A stretch of DNA of 64,000 bases, taken from NCBI GenBank assembly GCA_016748015.1, contig JAAOMT010000762.1, positions 620,001-684,000 on the forward strand, read 5' to 3'. The DNA is from Geosiphon pyriformis uo1. Lineage: Eukaryota > Fungi > Glomeromycota. Positions 52,700-64,000 of the stretch are shown here, piece after piece; within the stretch, counting starts at the first letter, position 1; each line of letters begins with the position of its first letter. The translations under genes and the position numbers were made by a program. The notes below the pieces were generated by a model that searched no databases, was not told the origin of the DNA, and worked only from the letters and a program-made list of their open reading frames with translations.

Positions 52700-55150
52700 A
52701 TATTAACTTCTTTATTAACATTATTAATCTTAAACTTCCACCTATTTTTGGTGATTTGTTTACATACTAAATTAAGTTTAAAACTAAAAAGTTTACCTAA
52801 ACCAACATTCACTAATACAACAAAATAATTTATATTAAAAAATTTATTTAAATAGTACACTTGTTAATTAAAAAATAAACTTTAAAGATCATTACCAAAT
52901 AAAACAAAGTCTATGTATTTTTTAATTCCTTTAAAGTTGAATCATATAAAAAGTTTATGCAACAAAAACTTATTAAAATAGTTAAACAAATTCATATTTA
53001 AAAATTTTCTAAAATTTGTACTATGACCAGAATTATTCTTATTAAAGTTATTATTTAATACTATAAATATATTACTATTTAAAGCTTTAACTACTATTAA
53101 ATTAATATTACAAAACTGGTTAATTTTTTTTCCAAAGTGGCTTTAATATATAGATCCAAAATAATACTAAAAAATAATTCTTAAACAGCAAACATATTAA
53201 CAATAATTGATTAGCAATTTTTAATATTTTGTACATATATTTAATAATATTATTATTAATTAATATAGCAATGTTAAAACCCAGATAATTAGAGTTTATA
53301 TTTGAAGTGAAAATCTTAATTTTTTTAAATCTGTTTATAATTCAAAGATGAATTTTACTTTTCAGTTTTGTTTTTGTAATAATAAATATCAAATTGTCTT
53401 TATTTATATGTCAACAAATAATGTTTTTTTGTTTAACTAAATTATTTATATCTTTGATATTACACATAGCTATTTTCTAAATAAACCCACTTATTGTAAT
53501 AAAAAATATGTTAAAAAATCTAAGTTAATATATAAAAGATTTAGCTTTGCCAAAACTAAATTAATAAATATCTTAAAAGTTATTAATTTTGATTTTAGAC
53601 TGTCTATGTTAATAGTTAAAACTTTAGAGCTATTTAGATTAAATAATGAAATTTTATTAACTGTCAAGAAAAAAGAGAAAAAGACACTTGTAAACTGTTT
53701 AAAATTATGCCTGAGTTTGATTTTAAATCAAAAGCCAAAGAATTTAATAAGACTTAAAAGAAAAAAAGAAAAACTAATAATACTAAGTCTATATTACTTA
53801 ATCTATACACAATACCAAACACTTAAGTAGCCAGCAATTTTAAAAAACACTTCAAAAAAGCCAAGTAAACACAAACAAAAAAGTTATTTAGCAAAGTAGA
53901 AAAAGCTTTATTAATACTTAGAAAACCAGAAAAAAAGAATCTAAAACCAAAACCAAAGTATATATTGTCAAAAATAAAAGTCATTAAAACTATCTGAGTC
54001 CATAACTTGTTACCAAAAGTGGCAGAGCAAAATATAAAAATGTTTTTCTTGGTATACAACTTGGCTAACTAAAAACAATTTTTATTAAACATAAACTTCT
54101 TAAATGTTTTCAAAAATAGAGAAGCAGAAACATTAAAAGTATTATATTTTAGAGCAAAATATCTAAAATATCTGTACTTTTTGTATTGCACCAAATCTAG
54201 TCTAGTCCAAAAAAGCTTTATATCATCCAAAATTGGCTCTATGTAATAAGCAAATTCTAAATTATTTTTAAACTCAAAACTAACTATTGTACAGTAAATC
54301 TTATTTTTAATTTTAAATAATTAATTAATAATACAAGTTTTTTTATCTATCTTTTTCAATAAAGTGCTTAAATTATAAGCTGTTGTTTTTATAAGCAAAG
54401 TAAACAAAAAAGCCTTAAATTAATTTTTAGACATCCAAACATTACAATCTTTTATAGTTCTAACCACATATATTGAATTTTTTCTGATTAAAAATAACTA
54501 TTTAGCTGTCAACTAATCTGTTCAAACTAATTCAGTAAACTTCATTATAGTCTTTTATTAAAGCTTAATTAATTGCAATTAGATTAACACAATTTAACCA
54601 AACTTAAATATTGTAGTGACAATTATTTCCTTTGACATGTTTATAAAAATTTCTTTGATTATCACAATTTGATCAGAATGTATTTTTTGTTTTTTAAGAT
54701 TATTGTTTACAATAATACCTTTTTTTCTGGTCAATAATATAGTCTTTTCTATGTTTTTTTTTAATGTAAATGTTAATCTAATAATTTTTTAAAATTAAAA
54801 GAACCAAAAAAAAGTTACTAATTATATTAGTACTTATTTTTTTGGCTTTAAGAATAATAATAATCAAACTCAAAAGAAATCTATTCTTAATACTATTTAT
54901 AATAATACTATTTTTATTACTATTAGACTTACTGTTTATATTTAAATATACACTATTTAGATCAGATTTGACCAATAATATATCTTTCTTATTATTAAAA
55001 TGCTTAATATTACTAAAAACAACTTTTTTTTTTAAAAAAAAGCCATTAACAAAATCATCAAAAGTCTCTTTAGGCATTTTTTTTTTAAATATACTATTAC
55101 TTGAAGCAGTTTTTAAGTTCACAACAAAAAAATTATTAAGTTAAAAAATA
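52700..55150 (-). mobile_element. Heavily decayed non-LTR retrotransposon 5' region (ORF1-like); related (+) remnants at ~27100-27860 and 51750-52700 host the pogo insertion
   Basis: Resemblance to 5431-6441; strand-biased K/N/I/F-rich residual frames. Confidence 0.35.
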
Positions 55151-55769
55151 TTAAAAAAGAACAACAAGAAAATAAAATATTTTTTTTTAAAATTATGCTC
55201 TTTGAGGAATTTGAAATATAAGAAAAAAAGAAGTTTTATTTAATATTTAAATAATAATATATGTTAATTAATAATAAAAATTATAAAAATAATTTCATGC
55301 TAATTAATAATTTAAATTTTTATTAGTAATCTAATTTTCTTTTTAAAACTAAATTTTATTAAAGTTTAAATACTATCTGTAATTAATCAGATAATAAACC
55401 AAAATTATTAAAAAAATTTAGTTTAAAAATTGTTAAATTTTTAGTTTTGTAAATTTTTTAATATATTGAATCTTTAAAAATTGTAAAATTGAATATTGTA
55501 AAATATTTTTACAAATGTAAAATAGATTATAGAATTTAAAAGTTGCTTTAATTGTGTAATAAGTATTTATTAGTCTGGATATTGTCTTAAATTTATTGTA
55601 AATTTGTTTTTAAATAGCTTTAGATATAAGATTTGTTGTTTTAAGTTTCAGTATTTTTTGTAAAACATTTTTCTAATAAAAAAATATTTATAAATTAAAA
55701 AGTATTTATTGTTTTGTTTGTTAAAATACTGTTAAAGTTTTTGTTAAATTGTAATATTTGGTAAAATAT

Positions 55770-57330
55770 TGTTATAAGTTAGAGTAACAAGCTAATAGAT
55801 AATAAAAAAAACAAAATTATAAGATAATAAAAATAATTAAAAAGAAAATTACAATAAAAGAGCAAATTAAATAAGTAAGAATTCAATATACTTAATTAAT
55901 TTTATAAAAATCACAATTGTAAATCTTTTCTGGAAATTTAAAAATAGAATATAGTCCATAATTGTTAACAAAATAATACTACTGCTATTATTTTATGTCT
56001 TAACTTGGCAATTCTTAGAATCAATAACAGTGTTACCAGTAGATTTTTAGCTATTAAATAACATGAAATTACTCTTATAATTCTCATTATTAATTAGCAC
56101 ATATTAATATTATTTTAAATTATTATTTATTATTTAATTAATAATCTGATTTGTACAATAGAAATTAGGATAATTAAATTATACAATACTTCGAACTATA
56201 TAACATTTAAGAATTTGCTGAAATTTGTAGAAATTTGCCAAAATAATAAATAGTTCACTGAAATAACTTGTAGTTTGTCAAAATATATTTTTAATTTGTC
56301 AAAATTATAGCAAAGAAAAAAGTTCAAGTTCAAAGATTAGTACTATAACAAGTTGTATAAAAAAAGAGCTTCTTTTTTCAAAAAAATATATCTTACTTTA
56401 GATTTATATTTTTTAGAATCATCTTTAAGAAATAAATATAAAAATATTCAAAAAACCAATCTTTTAATTATTTTTACTTGAAATTCTCCAAAACTCAACT
56501 AACATTTTAAAATTGATTAGCTACCAATTTTAGTGATCTATTAGTAACTTCAGGCCTAAATAGAAAACGATTCCCTTAACGAAATTCTATTTCTTTAATA
56601 TTTTTTTTATTTTTTTTTTATTTTCTTATTAGAATTATTAAGATAGCCTACAGACAAGATTCTTATAGAAAAGTTGACTTTCACAGCAAAGTAACTACAC
56701 ATTTTTAATAAGCTTTTAGACAAGCAATTTCTGAGAAAGAGTTGACTTTTACTACAAAGTAACTACATTAAATAACTAGTACAGAATTGATTATTTCACT
56801 TATAAGCTCAGCAGTTCAAATTATAGAAGATAATTTGAAGATAAATTCAGTTATCAGAGGTTTACTAGCTTCCAAAAAATGTGAATTAACAGCAAACAAA
56901 AATTAACAACATTTAAGAAAAGAGACCAAAAACCTCCAATAACAACAGATATTGTTGTGTTTTTTAATTATTTCTTTATTTAATAAATTACAAAAGCAAA
57001 TAATTACTTCTTAAGCTAATTTTAATAATACAAATTAAGAAAAAAAAAATTAAGATATGTAAATACCAACAAGTAATTTTTTATTCCAAGATATTCAGAT
57101 ACTTGAAAATAAAGAAAAAAAAATAAACAATATAAAAAAAAGTAATTAATAATGAGTTTTATTTGATTACTTTAATCATGTTCTTTTACAGTTAAGAGAC
57201 TTATTGCTTATATAATTATTAAAAATAGTCAACAACCAAATCAGTAACCAAGTCAATGATTAAATTAATAATTAGGTTAATAATCAAATTATTGATTAGA
57301 TTAATAGTTAAGTTATTATCTAAAAATAAA
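55770..57330 (-). mobile_element. Family B LTR (5'-truncated) inserted in ORF3 of the old A element
   Basis: Matches 3709-4387 and 4863-5426 once 56031-56948 is removed. Confidence 0.75.
56031..56944 (+). mobile_element. Family A solo LTR
   Basis: TGTTACCAG...CCAATAACA; perfect ACAG TSD (56027-56030, 56945-56948). Confidence 0.92.
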
Positions 57331-59704
57331 CAGTAAATTTTTTTTTAAGATTTGTTTTAAGAGTTTTTATAAGTAAATTTTAAAATAACTTCTTATGTTT
57401 TTTTTATAAAGATAATAATTTCATGTTTTTGTTATTAAAATTGTAACAAATTTTTGTTTGAGTGTAATTAATATGTTTTTTAATAATAATTATAAATAAT
57501 TAAGAAGTATTTTTAAAATTAATATTAATTTTTGGAATATATATTAAATGTTTTTGAGAATTATTGTAAAAGCTAATTAAATATAAAAAAAATAAAATTA
57601 TTTTTGTTTTGTTTTTATTTTAGTGTATTTTAATTTATTTTTGTAAAATTGTTTTTAATAAGTATAAAACAAATATAAAAAATATTAATATTTAGATTAG
57701 AAGTTATTTAATAACAATTATTAATTCTAAATTTCAAAAAATATTTTTAGAGTTAATAAAAAGAATTATATACCAATTTATAAAATTAAAAATTCGAAAT
57801 TGGTTTAAAATAGTAGTGTTTAAGTTTGTTATTATGTACAACTTTTTTTAAAACTTTATTATCAAGTTTTAACTTATATAATCTATTTTTTAAAAATTTG
57901 TAAATGTAAAATAATTCATCTTATTTATGATTAAATTTTTTATTTCATTGTTTTTTAGTTATAATTCTGTATAAAAAAACTTTATTTTTAACTTTAAATT
58001 TATTGATAACAAATAGTAGTTTATTGTTATAATATTTTTTTATTGAACTTAAAAGTATTTTATATAAATAGCTACAATTTGTTATATTTTTTTCAGTATG
58101 CTTAAAAATATATAAGCTCTTTTTTGCAATGTTTCTTTAAAGTTTTTTTTGTAATTAATTGAACTGAATAAGACTTTACTATAAAATTAATTAGTAATAT
58201 TGCTGTTTTTTTATAGATTAAATTAAATAATATATGTTTTATTGTATTTTGTTTTAATATTCTATATATTATACTAAAAAAATAAAGATATTTTATTCTT
58301 ATTTAAAATTAATTAAAACTTTGGTTAATAATTTGTAAAGTATTCTGTTAAAATATTTTATAAATTTATTTGTTTATAAATAATAAAACAAAGATAAAAG
58401 TTTTTAACATTGAATTATTCACAAATTTTTTGTATTAAGTTGTTTACAAAATGTATTTTTTGATTATATAAAAATTTAATTGGACATTTGTGTTAATAAA
58501 TAATGTTTTTATAAATAAAATTTGTTATTAATTTTGTGTTTATTTGTTAAATTGTTCTTGTTTTGGCTATTTTATTAAATAATCTATTACAACTACAATA
58601 TATTAGTTTTTTTTTTAAATTTTAATAGGTAATAGTCTAACTAAATTAATATCAACTTAATTAAAAAATTGTTTAACTTTGATTAAATTCAAGAATTTTA
58701 TAAGACATTTTTCTTTTTTTTAATAACTATTACAATATTTTTTATTTAAAGCCAAAAATAATGTTTTAATATTTTTTGAATTGTGTTATTTTTTTAAAAT
58801 GTATTAATAAAAAATTTAAATAACTGTTATATAAAATTATTTTTTTTTATGTTTCTGAATTACTTTGAATAAGTTGTTTAAATTTTTGTAATTTTAATAG
58901 TAAATAATATTATTGTGTATAAAATATGGTTTTGCTTGATATTATAATTGTTGTTTTTTACTTGAAGACTAAGATTTTAATATTATAAGTATTTTTAAGT
59001 ATTGTTTAAGATTATTGTAATTTTCGAATTTATTGTTGTTTGTTTTATCAGTTTTTGTTTGTTGAATTGATTGAATTTCAGGTTTTAATTTTGCTTTATT
59101 CTAAAAAGACAATTAATATTTGTGTGTAATTTTTTTGGTTTGTAATATATAATATATTGGTAATTTGCAAAAAATTTGGTCTATTAAATTTGTTTAGTAT
59201 TTAATTTTAAATTTTTATTATGAAGTTATTTGAACTCAATATTATTAATAATAATATCGAATTTTTTAAGCTTGAAATATAAATTAAAGTAATAAAAAGC
59301 CCAATTATAACTGCTGTTTTCAACTTAGTAACAAAATATTTTTTTTTGCTGAAGATAAAATAACACTAAAAGCTATATATAAAACATTTATAGCTAGTTA
59401 AAATTTTTTGTTAAAATCAAAGTAATCTAAAATTAAAGCTATTATTAGCTTTTTTTTAAAAACATTAAAGATATTTTATTTTTTTGCTGTTTATTTGTAT
59501 TTGATGTTTTTGTTAATTAAATAGTTGAGAAGTTTGACAATTTCAGAAAATTTTTTGATAAATTTTTAATAGTAAAATATTAATTCTGTAAATTTTTTTA
59601 ATTTGGTATTTCAAAAAACTTTGAAATTTTTAACAATACTGATTTTTTTTAAATTAAGTTTAACTTTTTTTTTATTGACAATGTAATCTAAAAAACCAAA
59701 TTAG

Positions 59705-61869
59705 TATTATTTAAGTAAGAAAATAATTAAAAACTTATTTTAAAAAAACACAAAAACTATATAATAACATAAAAAAATGTGATAATATAAGATAATACAA
59801 AATAATATAAGATAACACAAAACAATATAAAATAATACAAAATAACATAAAATAATACAGAAAAATAAAAAATAATAAAAAATAATACAAATAACACATA
59901 AAAACATAAAATAACACAAAATAATTAGTAATAATATAAAATAATTAATTATAATATAAAAAAATAAAGCAATAACTAAAATAACAAGTAATAACTAACA
60001 ATAATAAGTAATTAAAAACAATCTTGTAAAACCAAAAAATATGTATAAAAATAAGTAGTTTTAGCAGATAAAACAAACAAATCAGATCAAAATTAGCTTA
60101 AATATTTTATATTATTTTTAGCTTTAGAAATTTTTTTCTTTTTTTTATCTTTAGAAATTTTTTTCTCTTTTTTATCTTTTATATTTCAAATTTACCAAAT
60201 AAAATATTATTGTTTAAATTCATAAACTCATAATTTTAATACTTTAATTGTCAAAATCTGATTAATTGTTTTTGCTTATCTTTGTTTTAGACCAGATATT
60301 ATTAACATAAATGTTTTTAGAATCTTAATAACTTAAACTAATTACAGTAATTAAATACTAATTATTTTTTATTTTATTTTATTTTATTTTATTTTATTTT
60401 ATTTTATGGAATAGCAACATTAGAAATTAACTATTTAAAAATAAACTTTGTAATAACCAATAAAAAAAAAGTTCTTCTTAAATTTGAATATTAACTTTAT
60501 CTTATTAGCTTACTAAAAAACAAAAAAATAACACCAGACTTTAGTAATTATATTTGCTAGCTCGAAAAAAAACACAACTACAATAAGACAACTAAAAAAA
60601 CAGTATTTCTATGTTTTATAACAAAAAAGCTTAATAGATAGAACTTTAAACAGAAAAACTTTTAAAAACTAATAATTGTCTTTAATATACAAACAATTTT
60701 AACTAAAAATTAATCTGCTTTTAATATTAAATTCACAAATGTCAAATATTATAATCATATCTTGTCAAGTTTACTTATAATATTTAGTGCTTTTTGTAAG
60801 ATTATAAATTTATAAAGACAAAACATTCAGAAAACTTACAAAGTAATAACTATTAGAACAGTCAAAAAAAATTATTTACTATTTAAAAAAAGATTATATC
60901 AACACTTTTAAAAAGATCTAAAAATTCCAAAAGAAATATTTGTAGCCAAAAATAATTTTCTTTATTATGTACATACTAAGATTAATTATTATTTAAGTAA
61001 AACAGTAGATACTAAAAAACTTATTATTATACTTAATCTTAACTATTAAAAAAGCAATTATAGAAACTCTTTTTTTTTAACAATAAAATTAAGATATACA
61101 TATAAAATCATTATTTACAACTTAAAAAAAACCACAACACTAAAACTTCTTCTAAAAATCTGAGTTGAATACAAAAAACAATAGTCAACAACAGTTTAAG
61201 CAAAAAAACCATAACCTATTATTAGCAAAAAGTCAAGATTACTATTATTAACAATATTGTTATATTATCAAACACTCAAAAATAGAATACTACTTAATCA
61301 GTCTATTAAATTACAGTCTAAAACTCCAAAAACTTCGAAAAATTTTTATTTTTGAAATTTTAACAGAAATTTTTAAACTAAATTATAGAAAAAATATAGA
61401 ATCTTATTTGAAAATTTTATTTTTACAACAAACATTACTTTTCAAAATACTGTTATTTAAAAACAACAAATATTATAATTACTAGTCAAATTAACAACTA
61501 TCTCTTCAAAAAAAACATTATTATTTCAATCTATTATAATAAACAACAAAGAAAAACAACTAATATTAAGTTTAATTAAACAATCAAACATACTTCTGCC
61601 AATTTTTTTTTTATTAACAAACAATTAACTCTTTACTATTTTTGTTATAATTAATAGAAATATTGCCAGTTTAAAAAAATTTTTCAGTAAAAAAAAAATA
61701 CTTATACTTAGATTACAAAGACAAAAAAAACAATTATAGCAAATAATTAGAATAATATCAAAACAATAAAAGTTTTACTTTTTTTTATCAAAACAACAGA
61801 TTTATAATACCAAAGTTTTAATAAAAATTAACTAACTTTGTCATCTTTAAACTTGTTTTTTTATACTAT
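59705..61869 (+). mobile_element. Decayed family C element: 5' LTR (~59705-60782, 10-bp tandem array 59760-59950), PBS remnant, gag remnant
   Basis: Homology to 10210-12176; TTTAGTGCTTTTTGTAAG after the LTR is a decayed TGGTGCTCCCTGTGAGG. Confidence 0.65.
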
Positions 61870-64000
61870 TGTTATGGTTGGAACTTATACTTCTTATTAA
61901 TTATTACATGTATTAGCCATTGATATCACATAAATTAGCTACTCTATTTTTAGAAAATAATCATTAACCTAATCATTGACTTGATCATTAACCTAATCAT
62001 TAACCTGATCATTAATCTAATTATTGACCAAGTTGTTGACCTGATTATTGACCACTTTTGACAACTATATAAGTAATGAATCTCTTAGCTGTAGAAATGC
62101 ATGAAGAAATTAAGGAAATAAAATAAATAAAATAACAACTTTCATCTCAATTTTTCTCTTATTGCTAATTTCTCTTTCCCTACTTTCAAGTATCTGAATA
62201 TCTTAAAGATAAAAGATTACTTGTTGGTTATTTTTTACCCTTTTTCTGAAACGTGTAATTGCAGCATTTGAAGATTATTGAATAAAACGTGACTGAAGAG
62301 TACATCTGATACCTAATATTGAATTCTAAGAGCACCAATATGAGGCATAGAATTGTACCAGGTATGATCATTTGTTGACAATATGGACTATTCCTCTATC
62401 TTCAGATTTCCCAGTTATCCTTGAAAAGAATAGCAACTGAGATATTTTATGAGACTGATTTTACACATTGAATTCATACTTATTCAATTTGCTCTTTGAA
62501 ATTGAATTCTCTTTGATTCTTTTCATCACCCTACAATCCTGTTTTCTCTTGCTATCCATTAGCTTGTTATTCCAATTCATAACATAAAAGTGGTGCTCCC
62601 TGTGAGGTTGTCAAAATCCACTCTGTTTTCTATTGTATGAATGATTATTTATATTTGCCACAACAATCAGAAGAACACTTTGAAGCACACAACAAAAACG
62701 ATCTAGACTTTATTGAACTCAATTCTTTGCCCTCCTGCTTGATTTGCTTCCCCATTAAAGATCAATCCAGTAGACAATTCTAAGATTTTTGGAACTGGTT
62801 TCTGAACAAGCATTCAGCTGAAACTTATACAGCCTATACAACTTATTACTTTGATCAAGCTTATTTTGAAGACAACTTTGAAGAAAAAAACAACAGCATC
62901 AATTAACTTTTATACTCCACAACCTTTGAACAACAGCCCTCTGATTTCGAATATCTGAATCATCAAATCCACATTTGGATTGCTGCCCATCAAGCAACTG
63001 AAACTCCCTTTGAAACAGAAGAAGAAAGCTACTAAACTGCTCCTGTTTTTGACTTTTTATCAAGTGAATTAAACTTATCTATACAAACAGTTATCCCTGA
63101 ACCAATAGCTAATAACCCTATGCAAGCAAACATTCTGGCCACCCTCCAAGGTATACAAACTGCTCTAGGAAGAAGAAACAATATCCTACTACCACTATTT
63201 AGAGGTGATACACAAGATCCAATTGAATGGTTGAATGATTTTAAAAGAGCAGCTACTACAAATCAGTATGATAATGAATACAAGTTTCAAATTGTTGGTG
63301 GCTATTTTCAAGGCTTTCCTATTACTTGGTTCTTACAAGAAACTGATGCTAGTGCTTACCAAAAAATTATTAGATGGATACCAACAAATGCTGAAGAAGA
63401 AAATATCTCTTTCACAATCCAGTTTGAAACTAAATTTAGAACTTCCATCTTAATCTCAAAATGGCATATAAAATTAGAAAGACGAACTCAAGACTTTGGT
63501 GAAGTTGTGACTGAATATGCTAAAGCAATTAAAAAGCTAATCAAACATATAGACTCTGGCAGAAACTGGACTGAAGAACAAAAGATTCACTCCTTTACAA
63601 AAGGATTGAGAACTGATCTATTATATGCTCTCTGGTCTCTCTTGGCTCTCAAAAACAATCCCACAATGGATATGACCATTGAATTAGCTCAAAAAATTAA
63701 AGATAACCAAAGAATGCATTTGGGATTCACACTTTCAGTCTTTGTTCCTGCTTCTATTTTGGCTCTTGCTTCCCAAATGGCTGCTACCTCTTTTACTGTT
63801 CAGACTCAAGATCCCAATGAACAATTAATAGATAGACTTACAGCCAATCTTGCTTGGCTATTGGAACCCTTAGTCCAAACAGTCAGAGAAAATTAACAAC
63901 CACAAAGACTTAGATTTGAGCCATGCTTTAATCAGCCCTAACAGTCCTCTTATCAAAGACAGCAAAATTATGGCCCACCTGTGTGCTACTGTTGTGGATT
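61870..64000 (+). mobile_element. Family B Ty3/Gypsy-like element: 5' LTR 61870-62584, PBS 62591-62607, gag running off the window
   Basis: TGTTAT...ATAACA; TGGTGCTCCCTGTGAGG; 12-bp repeats (TGATCATTAACC) at ~61960-62055. Confidence 0.88.
62637..64000 (+). pseudogene. Family B gag with N-terminal extension
   Basis: ATG 62637 in frame with 63120; capsid motifs PLFRGDTQDPIEWLNDF, R.Q..GE.V.EY, F.KGLR; start of a knuckle (CYCCG) at the window end. Confidence 0.85.

Larger units (their letters stand above)
55240..59690 (-). mobile_element. Old family A-like element: RT/RNaseH end, integrase, ORF3 and start of 3' LTR
   Basis: Reverse complement colinear with 43100-46150 (LHTNINCLFRIKQN*, YNNLKQYL, LTR start near 55330). 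Confidence 0.75.

Overview
Eukaryotic, very AT-rich fungal DNA (inferred Glomeromycotina/Mucoromycota; the retroelement proteins recall Geosiphon-type repeats, not verified). About 90% of the window is nested transposable elements at different stages of C->T/G->A decay. A CpG-retaining island at ~19.6-25.5 kb holds two convergent intron-containing genes: a Sel1-repeat protein (Dsf2/Nif1-like, +) and a GH47 alpha-1,2-mannosidase (MNS1-like, -). The centrepiece is a pogo/Tigger DNA transposon (27863-51746) carrying host-gene fragments. Its transposase is split by a full-length Ty3/Gypsy element (A1, 28511-48169), which contains a second full-length relative (A2, 37163-47011). The two copies allow an unusual architecture to be reconstructed: an AUG-free ~230-codon in-frame Gag extension; one Gag-PR-(Cys-rich)-dUTPase-RT-RNaseH frame ending in a conserved stop; a 461-aa integrase ORF with its own ATG; and a 239-aa non-Env ORF3 that runs through the PPT into the 3' LTR. 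All 4-bp target-site duplications (TSDs) found are centred on CG or its deamination products. Also present are an hAT element, three other LTR families (B, C, D) and LINE-like remnants. All coordinates were read by eye, so boundaries of the oldest relics are approximate.
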